Positions 50,152-61,094 of a DNA stretch of 64,000 bases are shown in pieces (position 1 is the first letter of the stretch; every line of letters begins with the position of its first letter). Origin of the DNA: an uncultured delta proteobacterium. Its GTDB lineage: Bacteria; Desulfobacterota; BSN033; UBA1163. The stretch is from contig CAWHBU010000001.1 in the NCBI GenBank assembly GCA_963827685.1, forward strand, positions 320,001 through 384,000, read 5' to 3'. The notes beneath the pieces are model-generated. The model did no database searches and was not told the DNA's origin. It saw only the letters and a program-made list of their open reading frames with translations. A program made the position numbers and the translations under genes.

Positions 50152-51783
50152 TTAGTTTCCCAATATCGCCCTTTGGTCCTGATCCGGTGTTGAGATAGGC
50201 TGGATATTGAAATTATCCACCAGCACCTTTAGCACATTCGGCGAAACAAAGGCAGGGAGGGATGGTCCGAGCCTAATATTCTTCACCCCCAGGTGGAGCA
50301 AGGTGAGAAGAATAGCCACTGCCTTCTGTTCGTACCAGGAGAGGATCAAAGAGAGAGGCAGTTCGTTGATTCCCACGTTGAAAGCCTTGGACAAGGCTAA
50401 GGCGATCTGAACAGCCGAATAGGCGTCGTTGCACTGGCCTACGTCTAAGAGCCTTGGGATGCCTCCGATATCCCCGAGGTCCTTATCGAAGAAGCGGAAC
50501 TTACCGCATGCCAGGGTAAGAACAACGCAGTCCTTAGGGACTTTTTCCACAAACTCAGTGTAATAGTTACGCCCAGCCTTAGCGCCATCACATCCTCCCA
50601 TAAGGAAGAAGTGACGGATGGCCTTCCCCTTCACCGCCTCAATGACTTTGTCTGCAACGCCTATTACGGTGTTTCTTGCAAAGCCAACCGTGACAGAGCG
50701 GCCATTCCTATCTTCTTGAAAACCCGGCATGGCCATGGCCCTGTCGATCACGGGTTTGAAATTTCTGCCCGAAATGTGTGTGACACCAGGCCATCCCACA
50801 GTGCCACTGGTGAAAATATTGCCCTTGTACGAATCCCTCGGCTTCTGGAGGCAGTTCGTGGTCATCAAGATGGCCCCAGGAAAATCGGCGAATTCCCGGT
50901 TCTGATTCTGCCAGGCCGTTCCGTAATGACCATAAAAATGGGAATATTTTTTTAAGCCTGGATAACCGTGGGCCGGAAGCATCTCTCCATGGGTATAAAC
51001 GTGAATGCCTTTGCCCTCGGTCTGTTTGAGAAGTTCCTCCAAATCCTTGAGATCATGCCCGGAGACCAGGATGGCCTTTCCTTTCTTAGCTCTGAGAGGA
51101 ACCTTTGTAGGAACAGGGTGGCCATAGGTCCCTGTATTGCCTGCGTCAAGAAGTTCCATGGCCCTTAGATTGATCTCTCCACACTTGAGAACCAGTCCCA
51201 CCCAGTCGTTCAGGCTTAAGTCTTTCCTCAGGGTCGCGGCCAATCCTTCATGGATAAAGGCGTAGACCTTATCATCTGTCTGGCCAAGGATTTGAGCATG
51301 ATCCGCATAGGCGGCTACACCCTTTATTCCAAAAATGAGAATATGCTGAAGCGAAAGGATATCAGGATCGATGGTTGGGTCCGATTTGATTCCCACCGCC
51401 TCTCCCTGTTTGACGAGTTCCTCTAAGTGGGTAGCCGGCTTGAAGGTAGCATGCCCCCCTTGAAAATCGACTTTCCCCTTGGCAGCCTTCACCTTTTCTT
51501 TAAGGTTTTCCCTTAAGGTCACACAGTGCTGGATCAATTGAACAAATCGATCCGGATCGAAATTGACGTTTGTCAGCGTAGAAAACATGGCCTTACACGT
51601 AAAATCATTGATCTCCGGATCAACCACTCTCGTCTTTCGGCCTTCCACTGCATAAAGGGACAGCCCTTTAAGGGCATAGATCAGAAGGTCCTGAAGGCTG
51701 GCCACATCCGATTCCTTGCCGCAAACCCCAAGCTTTGTGCATCCTTCCCCTTTTGCCGTCTGTTCACACTGATAACAAAACAT
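50152..51783 (-). CDS. hcp: hybrid cluster protein (hydroxylamine reductase)
   Basis: MFCYQCEQT..CT..GVCGK, SGHDL, GGCDG, GQCND, SWYEQKA. Confidence 0.97.
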   Translation of the reverse strand: MFCYQCEQTAKGEGCTKLGVCGKESDVASLQDLLIYALKGLSLYAVEGRKTRVVDPEINDFTCKAMFSTLTNVNFDPDRFVQLIQHCVTLRENLKEKVKAAKGKVDFQGGHATFKPATHLEELVKQGEAVGIKSDPTIDPDILSLQHILIFGIKGVAAYADHAQILGQTDDKVYAFIHEGLAATLRKDLSLNDWVGLVLKCGEINLRAMELLDAGNTGTYGHPVPTKVPLRAKKGKAILVSGHDLKDLEELLKQTEGKGIHVYTHGEMLPAHGYPGLKKYSHFYGHYGTAWQNQNREFADFPGAILMTTNCLQKPRDSYKGNIFTSGTVGWPGVTHISGRNFKPVIDRAMAMPGFQEDRNGRSVTVGFARNTVIGVADKVIEAVKGKAIRHFFLMGGCDGAKAGRNYYTEFVEKVPKDCVVLTLACGKFRFFDKDLGDIGGIPRLLDVGQCNDAYSAVQIALALSKAFNVGINELPLSLILSWYEQKAVAILLTLLHLGVKNIRLGPSLPAFVSPNVLKVLVDNFNIQPISTPDQDQRAILGN

Positions 51784-51869
51784 AGTTGCTCCTCCTTTTG
51801 GATGAGATGTTATTTAATCGCCATCTCCTAAATACTTCCACATCTATCATCCTTCAGCGATCATGAATT

Positions 51870-52123
51870 GTAGCACTTTAATGCTTTGAAATGGAGTGCC
51901 ATTTGTCCCTTGGTTCCCGCCAAGGCCGGGACTTCCAAAGTTTTAGAATGCGGTCTTTCATATTTTACGCCTTTGAAACGAAGAAAGTGAGCGAAACGCT
52001 ACCATCCCGTTGGAGCCACCTGAATGAACCGGTAAAAGGTTTCCTCTCTAAAACTTTTCCAATCCCGCCCTTAGCGGGAACCGGTGTCACATGGGCCGAT
52101 TTTTCAAAGCGCTGAAGTGTTAC
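51870..52123. mobile_element. MITE with long imperfect TIRs (about 75 bp) upstream of hcp
   Basis: GTAGCACTTTAATGCTTTGAAA..GGTTCCCGCCAAGG..AAAGTTTTAGA versus reverse complement GTAACACTTCAGCGCTTTGAAA..GGTTCCCGCTAAGG..AAAGTTTTAGA. Confidence 0.7.
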
Positions 52124-52159
52124 CCTTACCTAAAAATAATACTAAAAAATCAATTTGTG

Positions 52160-52175
52160 TTTGACTTAGGTCAAA
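52160..52175. promoter_or_regulatory. Crp/Fnr-family (HcpR/Dnr-like) palindrome
   Basis: TTTGAC-TTAG-GTCAAA upstream of hcp. Confidence 0.55.
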
Positions 52176-52307
52176 AGGGTGCTTGGGGGCACACACTAAT
52201 TTTTAAACGGTGGGGCATCCATGGAGAGTTGGGATAGTCGAACAGAAAGCAGAGATCAAAAGATGGGGAAGCGTGAGTTTAAGATTAAAGGTTCTAAGAT
52301 GAAGTTT

Positions 52308-54443
52308 TTATTTTCCGATGAGGACAACGGTGCTTCTTGGATTGGCGAGGTAATGATCGGGGGGATCGATTTTTATCTCCTTGCCGACGTCAAGAAAGTC
52401 TTCCCCACTCTTAAGGCTTGTGTCAATGACCCGATACCACTTCTTGCCCTTTGTAAGCGGAGGAAGTTTGATGGATTGTAAATGAAAATCAGCGTTCAGG
52501 ATAAAGAAAAGATAATAATCGCTCCATTCGGATTTTTCTTCGCCTCCGTCGATCTGAAAGCATAAGGTCCGGAGTTCAGGGTCATCCCAGGGAGGCTTTT
52601 CAAGATCTTTTCCAAACCAGGAAAAGTCCGGGATGTGATCGGCATCCAGATCCTCTCCGATAAAGAATTTTCTTCTCTGAAGAATGGTGCATCTTTTTTC
52701 AAAGGCGATGGCCTTCTTGAAAAAAGCAAGAAGGTCCGATTTTTCGTTAACCTCCTCCCACTGAAACCAGCTGATCTCGTTGTCCTGGCAGTAGGCATTG
52801 TTATTGCCCTTCTGTGTTCTCATAAATTCATCGCCGCCGAGGATCATTGGCGTTCCGCATGAAAAAAGGAGATAACAAACATGATTTTTGATCAGTTGCT
52901 TTCTCAGGTTGATGACATTGATATCCTCGGTGTCTCCTTCGACACCGCCATTCCATGAGTCATTGTCATGGGTGCCGTCACGGTTGTCTTCAAGATTCGC
53001 CTCGTTGTGTTTGTCATTATGAGAGACCAGATCGTGGAGGGTGAACCCGTCGTGGCAGGTGATGAAATTGATGCTGTTATAGGCAGACCTTCCGTCCTCA
53101 CCGTACAGATCGGCAGAACCCGTTAATCTCCAGCCGAGATCCTTTACCTGCCCTGCATCCCCTTTGCCGTATTTCCTCATCGTATCCCTGAATTTTCCAT
53201 TCCATTCAGACCAGTCTATCGGGAAATTTCCAACCTGATAGGTCCCGATGTCCCAGGGTTCGGCAATGAGCTTGACATGGTTTAATACGGGGTCCTGTGC
53301 GATCGCATCAAAGAAGGAAGCGGATTTTTGAAAGAAGCCGTCTTCCCGGCCTAGGACCGAGGCAAGGTCGAATCGAAAGCCGTCCACATGCATTACCTCA
53401 ACCCAATAGCGAAGCGAGTCCATCACGAATCGGATGACATGGGGATTGGCGAGATTAAGACTATTCCCGCACCCTGTATAGTTCATGTAATAACGGTAGG
53501 GCTCGTGGGGAGTGCCTGACAGGCAGTAATAGGTGGGGTTATCAATCCCCTTAAAGCAGAGAGTCGGCCCGAGCTCATTTCCTTCGCCTGAGTGGTTGTA
53601 AACCACATCCAGGATGACCTCCATTCCGGCCCGATGAAGTTCGCGTACCAGGGTCTTAAATTCATTCACCTGACAGCCGGAAGACCTCTTTGTACAGTAG
53701 GACGATTCAGGTGCGAAAAAACCGATGGTATTATACCCCCAGTAATTTGTCAGTCCTTTGTTGAGCAGAATATCTTCAACATAGAATTCATGGAGGGGAA
53801 GAAACTCCACGGCATTGATTCCCAAATCCTTCAGGTAAGGTATCTTTTCAATAAAGCCCGGATAGGTCCCCGGGTTTTTGACCCCTGACGATCGGTGGGC
53901 TGTAAACCCCTTTAGATGGACTTCATAAATAATCAACTCGTGAAAGGGGATATCCGGAGGAGCGTCTCCCTGCCAGTCGAAATGATCATCCACAACAATG
54001 GACTTGGGGACGACCAAGGTATTGTCACGATTATCTTTTGAAAGATCTTTCACGGGTGAACCGGGATCATAGGCGAGCAGGAGATTATCAACATTTCTAA
54101 GCTTACCCGTAAAAGCCTTGGCATAGGGGTCGATGAGGAGCTTGTTTTCGTTGAAACGCATCCCATAGGCAGGATTGAAATCACCCTTGATTTTGTACCC
54201 GTACAGTTGTCCCGCCTTTAACCCGTGGACAAATGCATACCATATATACTTCGTACGATTTTCGAGCTTGATGATGTCCGTGGGTTCTTCATCCGGTCTG
54301 TCAAATAATAAAAGAAATACCTCGCTGGCATACTGCGAATAAATTGCGAAATTAACACCCTCTTCATATAAAGTGGCGCCGAGAGGGTGATATTTGCCCA
54401 TTGAAATTTGTCTGTTTGTTTTGTGTTCTAATTCGTATGCCAT
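52308..54443 (-). CDS. glgX: glycogen debranching enzyme (GH13)
   Basis: NYWGY, DVVYNH, DGFRFDLA, IAEPWD, HDGFTL. Confidence 0.96.
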   Translation of the reverse strand: MAYELEHKTNRQISMGKYHPLGATLYEEGVNFAIYSQYASEVFLLLFDRPDEEPTDIIKLENRTKYIWYAFVHGLKAGQLYGYKIKGDFNPAYGMRFNENKLLIDPYAKAFTGKLRNVDNLLLAYDPGSPVKDLSKDNRDNTLVVPKSIVVDDHFDWQGDAPPDIPFHELIIYEVHLKGFTAHRSSGVKNPGTYPGFIEKIPYLKDLGINAVEFLPLHEFYVEDILLNKGLTNYWGYNTIGFFAPESSYCTKRSSGCQVNEFKTLVRELHRAGMEVILDVVYNHSGEGNELGPTLCFKGIDNPTYYCLSGTPHEPYRYYMNYTGCGNSLNLANPHVIRFVMDSLRYWVEVMHVDGFRFDLASVLGREDGFFQKSASFFDAIAQDPVLNHVKLIAEPWDIGTYQVGNFPIDWSEWNGKFRDTMRKYGKGDAGQVKDLGWRLTGSADLYGEDGRSAYNSINFITCHDGFTLHDLVSHNDKHNEANLEDNRDGTHDNDSWNGGVEGDTEDINVINLRKQLIKNHVCYLLFSCGTPMILGGDEFMRTQKGNNNAYCQDNEISWFQWEEVNEKSDLLAFFKKAIAFEKRCTILQRRKFFIGEDLDADHIPDFSWFGKDLEKPPWDDPELRTLCFQIDGGEEKSEWSDYYLFFILNADFHLQSIKLPPLTKGKKWYRVIDTSLKSGEDFLDVGKEIKIDPPDHYLANPRSTVVLIGK

Positions 54444-54551
54444 CTCTTAGGATTTTTCTTCTATAAACCTTAGTTCAGATGCTTCGGCCCTATGCTCAGC
54501 ATATGCAAACTGGTGAGTCTCGTCAAGTTAAAATAGGGGAAGAAAATCTGC

Positions 54552-54579
54552 TTGACAACCTAAACGGTCTTGTTATTAT
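54552..54579 (+). promoter_or_regulatory. sigma70-like promoter
   Basis: TTGACA-16-TATTAT with TG extension. Confidence 0.6.
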
Positions 54580-54734
54580 GGCGGAAAGTTAGGTTTTTGG
54601 TTTAATCCCATGAGACGGGGAAGAATAGAAATTTATCAAAGGAGGAGGTGAATATTGAGTTGCATTACGCCAATAGTAGTCGTGCATAGCCGCCATTCAT
54701 TTCTTGCTAAAAGTTTGTCGAAAAGGAGGAAAAC

Positions 54735-56540
54735 ATGAATCAATTTGGTTCGTCTACAGGGAAGGTGCATTGGGTCTTGGTTTTGGCCCTTTTGCTTATT
54801 TTAATCGGTGGTTTCATCGCGTATCGGACACAAACCGACAGGGGAAACATCGCCATCCGAGATGTCCGATTTATGGGGTCTAACAATACCATGATGAGCG
54901 CTTTACTCTATGTACCCAAGGGAGTAGACGCAAAAAATAAAGCCCCAGGTATTTTAGCCATCCACGGGTATATTAATTCCCGTGAGACGCAGGACGGCTT
55001 TGCCATTGAATTTGCTCGTCGAGGATATGTTGTCCTGGCCCTGGATCAAACAGGCCATGGCTATTCCGATCCCCCGGCTTTTGCCAATGGTTTTGGTGGC
55101 ATAGATGGGCTGAAATATTTACGGTCATTGGATATGGTCGACCTTGACAACATAGGGATGGAAGGACACTCCATGGGGGGTTGGGCAATAGGCATTGCCG
55201 CGGCCGTGATGAAGGACGCTTATAAGTCTTGTGTTTTTGCCGACTCCTCTACTGGAACTTATGGCTGTCCGGATGGCACCCCGACTTATCCCCGGAATAT
55301 GGGCCTCATCTTCGCCAAATATGACGAGTTTTCAGCTTTAATGTGGTTATCCCCGGTTCCCAGTAATATTGTTAAATCCGACAAACTGAAAAAGGTTTTC
55401 GATACCCAGGAGGATGTGGTGGTTGGAAAGCTATACGGGTCCATTGAAGAAGGCACAGCCCGTAAGCTGTATCAACCTTCCATGACCCACGCCCGAGTTC
55501 ATCTCTCAAAAGAGGGCATTGGAAATGCCGTTGAATGGTTTCAAATGACCTTGAAAGGGGGAAAAAACCTGCCCCCATCGAACCAGACCTGGTACTGGAA
55601 AGAGTTTTTTAACTTAGTGGCCATGGTCGGGATGGTCATCCTTCTTGTTGCGTTGGGAGGATACCTGCTTAAGACCAATTACTTTAAAGGGCTCCAAGAG
55701 GAACCGGCCCCAAAAAAATCCATGACTGGAGGAGGATGGTGGATCGGTGCGCTGATCATGGTGCTCCTTCCGCTCCCGATCTATGTGTTGGCCTGGGTCT
55801 GGCATTGGAGCAGCAAAGGAATAGCGAAAGAGTCCTTCCTATGGCCGGAGCAAATTACAACTGTCATCATGTTTTGGGCTTTTTACGTGGCCATCGTTTC
55901 ACTGATTCTTTTCTTGGTCTGGTATTTCCTGACCAAAAAGAAATCAGGAGCCACCTCGGTCAATTTGGGATTGACCTGGAAGGACGAAGGCTTGAAATGG
56001 GGTAAAATCGGTAGATCATTCCTCCTGGCCTTTGTTATCGTCTTTATTGCCCATCTCACTCTGGCCATCTCGACCTGGTTGTTTCAGACGGACTACCGTT
56101 TTTGGGTCTTTGCCATCAAGCCGCTGGATGCTCTTCATTTCGGCATCACTCTGGGCTATATTATCCCCTTTCTCTTCTATTTTATCATTCTAGGGATTGT
56201 GTTGCACGGACAGATGCGACCGGGAAAACCTGATGCGGCCATGGGTATGGGAAAAGAAACGATCATCAATATAGTTTTGTTGATCCTCGGATATTTTATT
56301 TTTCTGGCGTGGGACTATAGCTCGCTCTTTGCCGGTGGGACACTGCGGCTCGCTTCAATCCGCTCCGCCAGTCTATTTGGTATCGTTCTGTTCCAGTATA
56401 TCCCCATATTTGCTATCGTAGGGTGGGTCACAACCTATTTCTATCGAAAAACAGGCCACATCTATGTGGGCGCCTTTCTCAATACTATGCTGATTACCTG
56501 GATCATCGTGGCAGGTCAGGCGATCCACTTCAAACTCTAA
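54735..56540 (+). CDS. alpha/beta hydrolase with a multi-TM C-terminal domain
   Basis: IHG, GHG, GHSMGG nucleophile elbow; about 8 C-terminal TMs. Confidence 0.85.
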   Translation: MNQFGSSTGKVHWVLVLALLLILIGGFIAYRTQTDRGNIAIRDVRFMGSNNTMMSALLYVPKGVDAKNKAPGILAIHGYINSRETQDGFAIEFARRGYVVLALDQTGHGYSDPPAFANGFGGIDGLKYLRSLDMVDLDNIGMEGHSMGGWAIGIAAAVMKDAYKSCVFADSSTGTYGCPDGTPTYPRNMGLIFAKYDEFSALMWLSPVPSNIVKSDKLKKVFDTQEDVVVGKLYGSIEEGTARKLYQPSMTHARVHLSKEGIGNAVEWFQMTLKGGKNLPPSNQTWYWKEFFNLVAMVGMVILLVALGGYLLKTNYFKGLQEEPAPKKSMTGGGWWIGALIMVLLPLPIYVLAWVWHWSSKGIAKESFLWPEQITTVIMFWAFYVAIVSLILFLVWYFLTKKKSGATSVNLGLTWKDEGLKWGKIGRSFLLAFVIVFIAHLTLAISTWLFQTDYRFWVFAIKPLDALHFGITLGYIIPFLFYFIILGIVLHGQMRPGKPDAAMGMGKETIINIVLLILGYFIFLAWDYSSLFAGGTLRLASIRSASLFGIVLFQYIPIFAIVGWVTTYFYRKTGHIYVGAFLNTMLITWIIVAGQAIHFKL

Positions 56541-56587
56541 AGATTTTCACCTGTTTTAACAACAGGTGACGATTTATCCGGAAACTG

Positions 56588-56635
56588 GACCTCCTGGGCT
56601 GCTTAATGCTACTCCAAGCAGCTCAGGAGGTCTTT
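56588..56635 (+). terminator. hairpin between the hydrolase and glpK
   Basis: GACCTCCTGGGCTGCTT...AAGCAGCTCAGGAGGTC-TTT. Confidence 0.6.
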
Positions 56636-56810
56636 AACGTGACAGGTAATACCTTAATGCAAGTGAGATAGTCGTTGGACATGATGCCTTAGGGATATCC
56701 GGATTGTGTTCGAGACGGATACGATTTCTCGCTCACCCTTGACCGTGCCTCACATTCGGCCTTGATTTATTGGCAGAACCAACTTTTGCTTTGGGGAGGA
56801 ATCTATTTTT

Positions 56811-58316
56811 ATGGAAAAAGAATATATCATGGCCCTGGATCAGGGAACCACGAGTTCCCGAGCGGTGATTTTCGACCACCAGGGGAAGATTATTAGTATA
56901 GCAGCCAAGGAGTTCAGGCAGATTTTTCCCCAGCCTGGATGGGTAGAACATGACCCTATGGAAATATGGGACACGCAAATGGAAGCTGCCCAGCGGGCTC
57001 TTGATTCCGCCAACCTTTCGCCTCAACAAATCGCCGCCATCGGGGTCACCAACCAGCGGGAGACCACTTTAATCTGGGACAGGGAGAGCGGCCGGCCAGT
57101 GTATAATGCCATTGTGTGGCAGTGCCGCAGGACCGCCCCGAATTGTTCCAGAATCAAAAAGACGAAATTCGCCCAAAAGATTCGCAGGAAAACTGGATTG
57201 GTGATCGACGCCTATTTTTCAGCCACGAAGATCCAGTGGATTTTGGGCCATCAAAAAACGATCCGCCGAGCAGCGGAAAGAGGGGAGCTGGCCTTTGGCA
57301 CAGTGGATAGTTGGTTGCTGTACAATCTGACAGGGAAGAAACTCCATATCACGGATTATTCTAACGCTTCCCGCACGATGCTTTACAACATTCATAATCT
57401 TTCGTGGGATGAGGAGATCTTAGAATATTTGCATATTCCCGAACGAATCTTGCCGGCTGTCAAAGCTTCCAGTGAAATTTACGGAAGCACATCTCCCGGA
57501 GCCTTCTTAGGTATGGAGATCCCCGTCGCAGGAATCGTGGGAGATCAACAAGGAGCTCTTTTCGGCCAAACCTGCTTCCGCAAAGGCCTTTCCAAGAATA
57601 CCTATGGAACAGGTTGCTTTTTGCTGATGAATATAGGGGGAAAGCCAGTGCTTTCCAGGAAAAACCTTCTGACGACAATCGCCTGGGGGATCGGCCGGAA
57701 AATTGAATATGCTTTAGAGGGAAGCGTCTTTATCGGCGGGGCTGTAGTCCAATGGCTCCGGGACGGCCTGCGGATGATTCAGCAAGCTTCCGAAAGTGAA
57801 AGGCTGGCCAGTAGCATCCAATCCAATGATGGCGTCTATTTTGTCCCGGCCTTCGTCGGCTTGGGAGCACCCTACTGGGATATGTATGCCCGGGGAGCCA
57901 TTTTGGGAATTACCCGGGGAACGACGCCCGCTCATATTGCCCGGGCCGCCTTAGAGTCGATTGCCTATCAGACGAAGGATGTACTGGAATGCATGGAGGA
58001 GGATTCCGGAATGAAGCTGAAGGAATTGCGGGTGGATGGAGGGGCGGCCGCCAATGAGTTTTTGATGCAATTTCAAGCCGACATTCTGGGGGTTCCGGTA
58101 GTCATCCAGGAGATAACTGAGACGACCGCCTTGGGAGCCGCCTACATGGCTGGTTTGGCCGTAGGGTTTTGGAAGGATCAACAGCAAATTGCCGCCAATT
58201 ATACCGTAAAGAGGAAATTTGTTCCTCGGATGAGTTCCAAACAGAGAGAATCCCTTTACCGGAAGTGGAAGATGGCCGTTGAAAGGGCAAGGGCTTGGGA
58301 ACAAGAGAAATCGTAG
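56811..58316 (+). CDS. glpK: glycerol kinase
   Basis: [32 protein letters not shown]. Confidence 0.97.
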   Translation: MEKEYIMALDQGTTSSRAVIFDHQGKIISIAAKEFRQIFPQPGWVEHDPMEIWDTQMEAAQRALDSANLSPQQIAAIGVTNQRETTLIWDRESGRPVYNAIVWQCRRTAPNCSRIKKTKFAQKIRRKTGLVIDAYFSATKIQWILGHQKTIRRAAERGELAFGTVDSWLLYNLTGKKLHITDYSNASRTMLYNIHNLSWDEEILEYLHIPERILPAVKASSEIYGSTSPGAFLGMEIPVAGIVGDQQGALFGQTCFRKGLSKNTYGTGCFLLMNIGGKPVLSRKNLLTTIAWGIGRKIEYALEGSVFIGGAVVQWLRDGLRMIQQASESERLASSIQSNDGVYFVPAFVGLGAPYWDMYARGAILGITRGTTPAHIARAALESIAYQTKDVLECMEEDSGMKLKELRVDGGAAANEFLMQFQADILGVPVVIQEITETTALGAAYMAGLAVGFWKDQQQIAANYTVKRKFVPRMSSKQRESLYRKWKMAVERARAWEQEKS

Positions 58317-58694
58317 GGCGCGAAGGAACCGAGGGTTAAGATCGAATTTTTATTCGTAAATATTTATCGGTGTGTCACCCATAGAGAAGTTGGCCCTGTC
58401 AACTAAAAACGAGGATGATGAGGTGAGGAGACGGGGTTTTGGAGAAATAGAATCTTCGTTGGAAAAGGATTTAATTTTAATACAGGGCACATCCTATTTT
58501 CAGATTTTAGCCTGCTGTTGATACCACCTGAAGGTTAAACTATTTCCAATTTGGATTTTCCCCTTTTAAATTTGTTTGACAGGATGACTATTTTGCGTAT
58601 TATGGTAATATCGTGATGGTCTTCCGATAATCATCATGATGATAGTAAAATACTCCAAGATCGATCTACGCTACCAGGAGAGGAGGAATGCCCA

Positions 58695-59069
58695 ATGAAA
58701 CGATATACTGCAAAATTTCTGTTCGGCATGGTTTTGGTCTTAACGATTGTTCTGAGTGGTTTTTCCATTTCTTCCGCCATAGATACGACTGCCGAAAAGA
58801 TTGTTACCAATAAAGATTCCTATGACGGGAAGGAGGTCTCGGTTTCGGGTACTGTTTCGAATCTAAAATTCAAAACAGCAAACGTTAAAGACGACTATAC
58901 GACATTTATACTCGTTGGTGAATCTGGGGGTCGTATCAATGTCTTTATCTGGGGAAGCCCGAAACTCCAGCCAGGGCAAAAGGTCCAAGTAACGGGCCGT
59001 TATCAAAAGGTCAGGAGATGGGCCCAGCGCAATTATTACAACGAAATAGAGGCATCGGAAGTCAAATGA
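58695..59069 (+). CDS. secreted OB-fold-like protein
   Basis: Signal peptide, YDGKEVSVSGTV, GQKVQVTGRY; SD and TTGACA/TATTAT upstream. Confidence 0.7.
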   Translation: MKRYTAKFLFGMVLVLTIVLSGFSISSAIDTTAEKIVTNKDSYDGKEVSVSGTVSNLKFKTANVKDDYTTFILVGESGGRINVFIWGSPKLQPGQKVQVTGRYQKVRRWAQRNYYNEIEASEVK

Positions 59070-59148
59070 ATGTGAAGTGGATAGAAATTTGCAGGTTATA
59101 TTGAAAAGTAATCTGAGATGCGGCAGGTCGATGCGTGAATTAGGCGGT

Positions 59149-59363
59149 TGGAACTTCTGAAGCTTCTTCAAGAGATGGCCGCTCTGGGACATGCCCAATT
59201 CATCATTGCCACCCACTCTCCAATTCTTTTGGCTTGCCCTGGATCTGTGATTTGCAGTTTTAATCGTAGCCCATTGAAAACAATTCAATATGAGGATACA
59301 GAACATTAAAGAATTTATAAAAACTTTATGGTAAACCCCGGCAAGTACTTTCAAGGGGAATGA
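59149..59363 (+). pseudogene. C-terminal remnant of an ABC-like AAA ATPase
   Basis: AQFIIATHSPILLACPGS...YEDTEH*RIYKNF, with an internal TAA and no 5' part. Confidence 0.7.
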
Positions 59364-59581
59364 TCGAGGTAAAACTTTAGATACAAATAAAAGAGGGCAG
59401 CAGACCCTCTGCCTTTCATTTTTCATCCAAACAATCCGGCTCCGTTCGAGAAAAGCCCTCAGAAGAGAGACGGGAATTCAACACCGCACTTCTTTAGTGA
59501 TCTGCTTGCTCATGGTGAAATCGGTCTATTATAATTAGCAATAAATGAGTTTAAAGAATAGATCCCCTATGGAAATAGACC

Positions 59582-60545
59582 ATGAATGAAGTGGCTCAGT
59601 TTCTGATTGAGCGGGGGTATATCGTCCTCTTCTCGTGGGTACTTTTTGGACAACTCGGTATCCCGATTCCCGTTGTTCCAATATTGCTCGCAGCGGGTGC
59701 ATTGGCCGGTATCGGAAAACTAAATTTTGCACTTGTTTTCAGTTCAGCCTTTCTGGCAGCGTTGTTAAGCGATCAAGTCTGGTACCAGATCGGCCTCCGC
59801 CGTGGAAGTAAAGTTTTATCTTTCCTGTGCCGCATCTCCTTGGACCCCGATTCCTGTGTTCGACGTACAAAAAGGATTTTTGCTCGCTATGGTGCTCGTT
59901 CACTCCTGGTCGCCAAGTTCTTTCCGGGAATGGCTACGCTTGCATCCCCTCTTGCAGGAATCTCCCGCATGCGTCTTCTTCACTTTCTTTGATGGTCTTG
60001 GAGCCTTTATCTGGGTGGGTATCTTCACCTTAGTCGGTTATCAGTTTGGCCACGAGATCGAAGAGCATGTCGTCGACATCCGTGGTGTGGGTCCTTGGAT
60101 AGGGTTCGTCGTTCCGATAGGCTTAGGGGCTTATATCTTCTGGAAATATATGCAGCGCCAACGGTTTCTCCATCAGTTAACCATTGCGCGAATCACTCCT
60201 GAAGAAGTGAAACGGAAACTTGATGTCGGTGAAGACATTTTAATTCTGGATCTGCGTGATGCCTTCGAATGTGAGATGGATCCTCGCACCATTCCCGGTG
60301 CCTTTCATCTCTCCGTTGAAGAGCTGGAGGAGCAACATCAGAAGATCCCCAGGGGCCGTGAGATCGTCTTGTTTTGCACCTGACCCAATGAGGCTTCAAG
60401 CGCCAGGGCGGCGCTGTTATTAAAGCAGCGGGGGATCAAACAAGTCCGCCCCCTTGCCGGAGGTCTTGGCGCCTGGGTCGAAAAAGACTTTCCTGTTGAG
60501 TTCCTAAACCTTCGGCCGTCGCCAGCGATCCTTCCACCCGAGTGA
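59582..60545 (+). CDS. DedA/VTT-rhodanese fusion; probable selenoprotein (UGA at 60381); frameshift near 59990
   Basis: QLGIPIP, AKFFPG, ILDLR, IPGA, FCT-UGA-PNEASSA..RPLAGGLGAW. Confidence 0.8.
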
Positions 60546-60755
60546 TTTCAAGAAACAGGATCGCCAAGATTAAATTTATTCTCCTTCCATATATTCTGGC
60601 TGAATCACTTCGATGCGACAAAGACTTCATGGAGGTATAAAAATAGTGACACTGTTTTATCTTTTTCATTACAACTCGGAGGTTGAAATCTAAGAAGAGA
60701 CAATGATATTCTAATAGAGTTCGAACTTTTCAAAGATATGTTAGGGAGACCCGAG

Positions 60756-61094
60756 ATGGTAACTAAAAACTTTCCCAAAGAGGTTAAGAAATTTGAAATA
60801 GAGACCTATGAAAGGCCGAAAAACTTGAAAGAGTTACGGAAAACTCATGCTCCCTTTACCGGTTCACCCCTCAAACATCCCAATGATCCTAAGAAGATCA
60901 TCTTAGTGCCAAATCCTTATGGCAGCAGTCCCTTCTATTATGAGTTCAAAAGCGATGATGTCACCTATGCGGAGCAACTTCCGAGTATTGTGAACTTAGA
61001 GGGCGAAACCGTTACCATGGTCAGATTTTGGGTGAAAAAAATGAGTGTGGGAATCCTCTGCACCCCTTTTTTAGTGGAAGAGATTAAAACTTAG
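60756..61094 (+). CDS. conserved-looking hypothetical protein
   Basis: Compact ORF with GGAGA SD; FTGSPLKHP, FYYEF. Confidence 0.65.
   Translation: MVTKNFPKEVKKFEIETYERPKNLKELRKTHAPFTGSPLKHPNDPKKIILVPNPYGSSPFYYEFKSDDVTYAEQLPSIVNLEGETVTMVRFWVKKMSVGILCTPFLVEEIKT

Noticed and set aside
60756-61094. Assigning an enzymatic function such as pyrophosphatase
   Set aside because: No catalytic motif is visible
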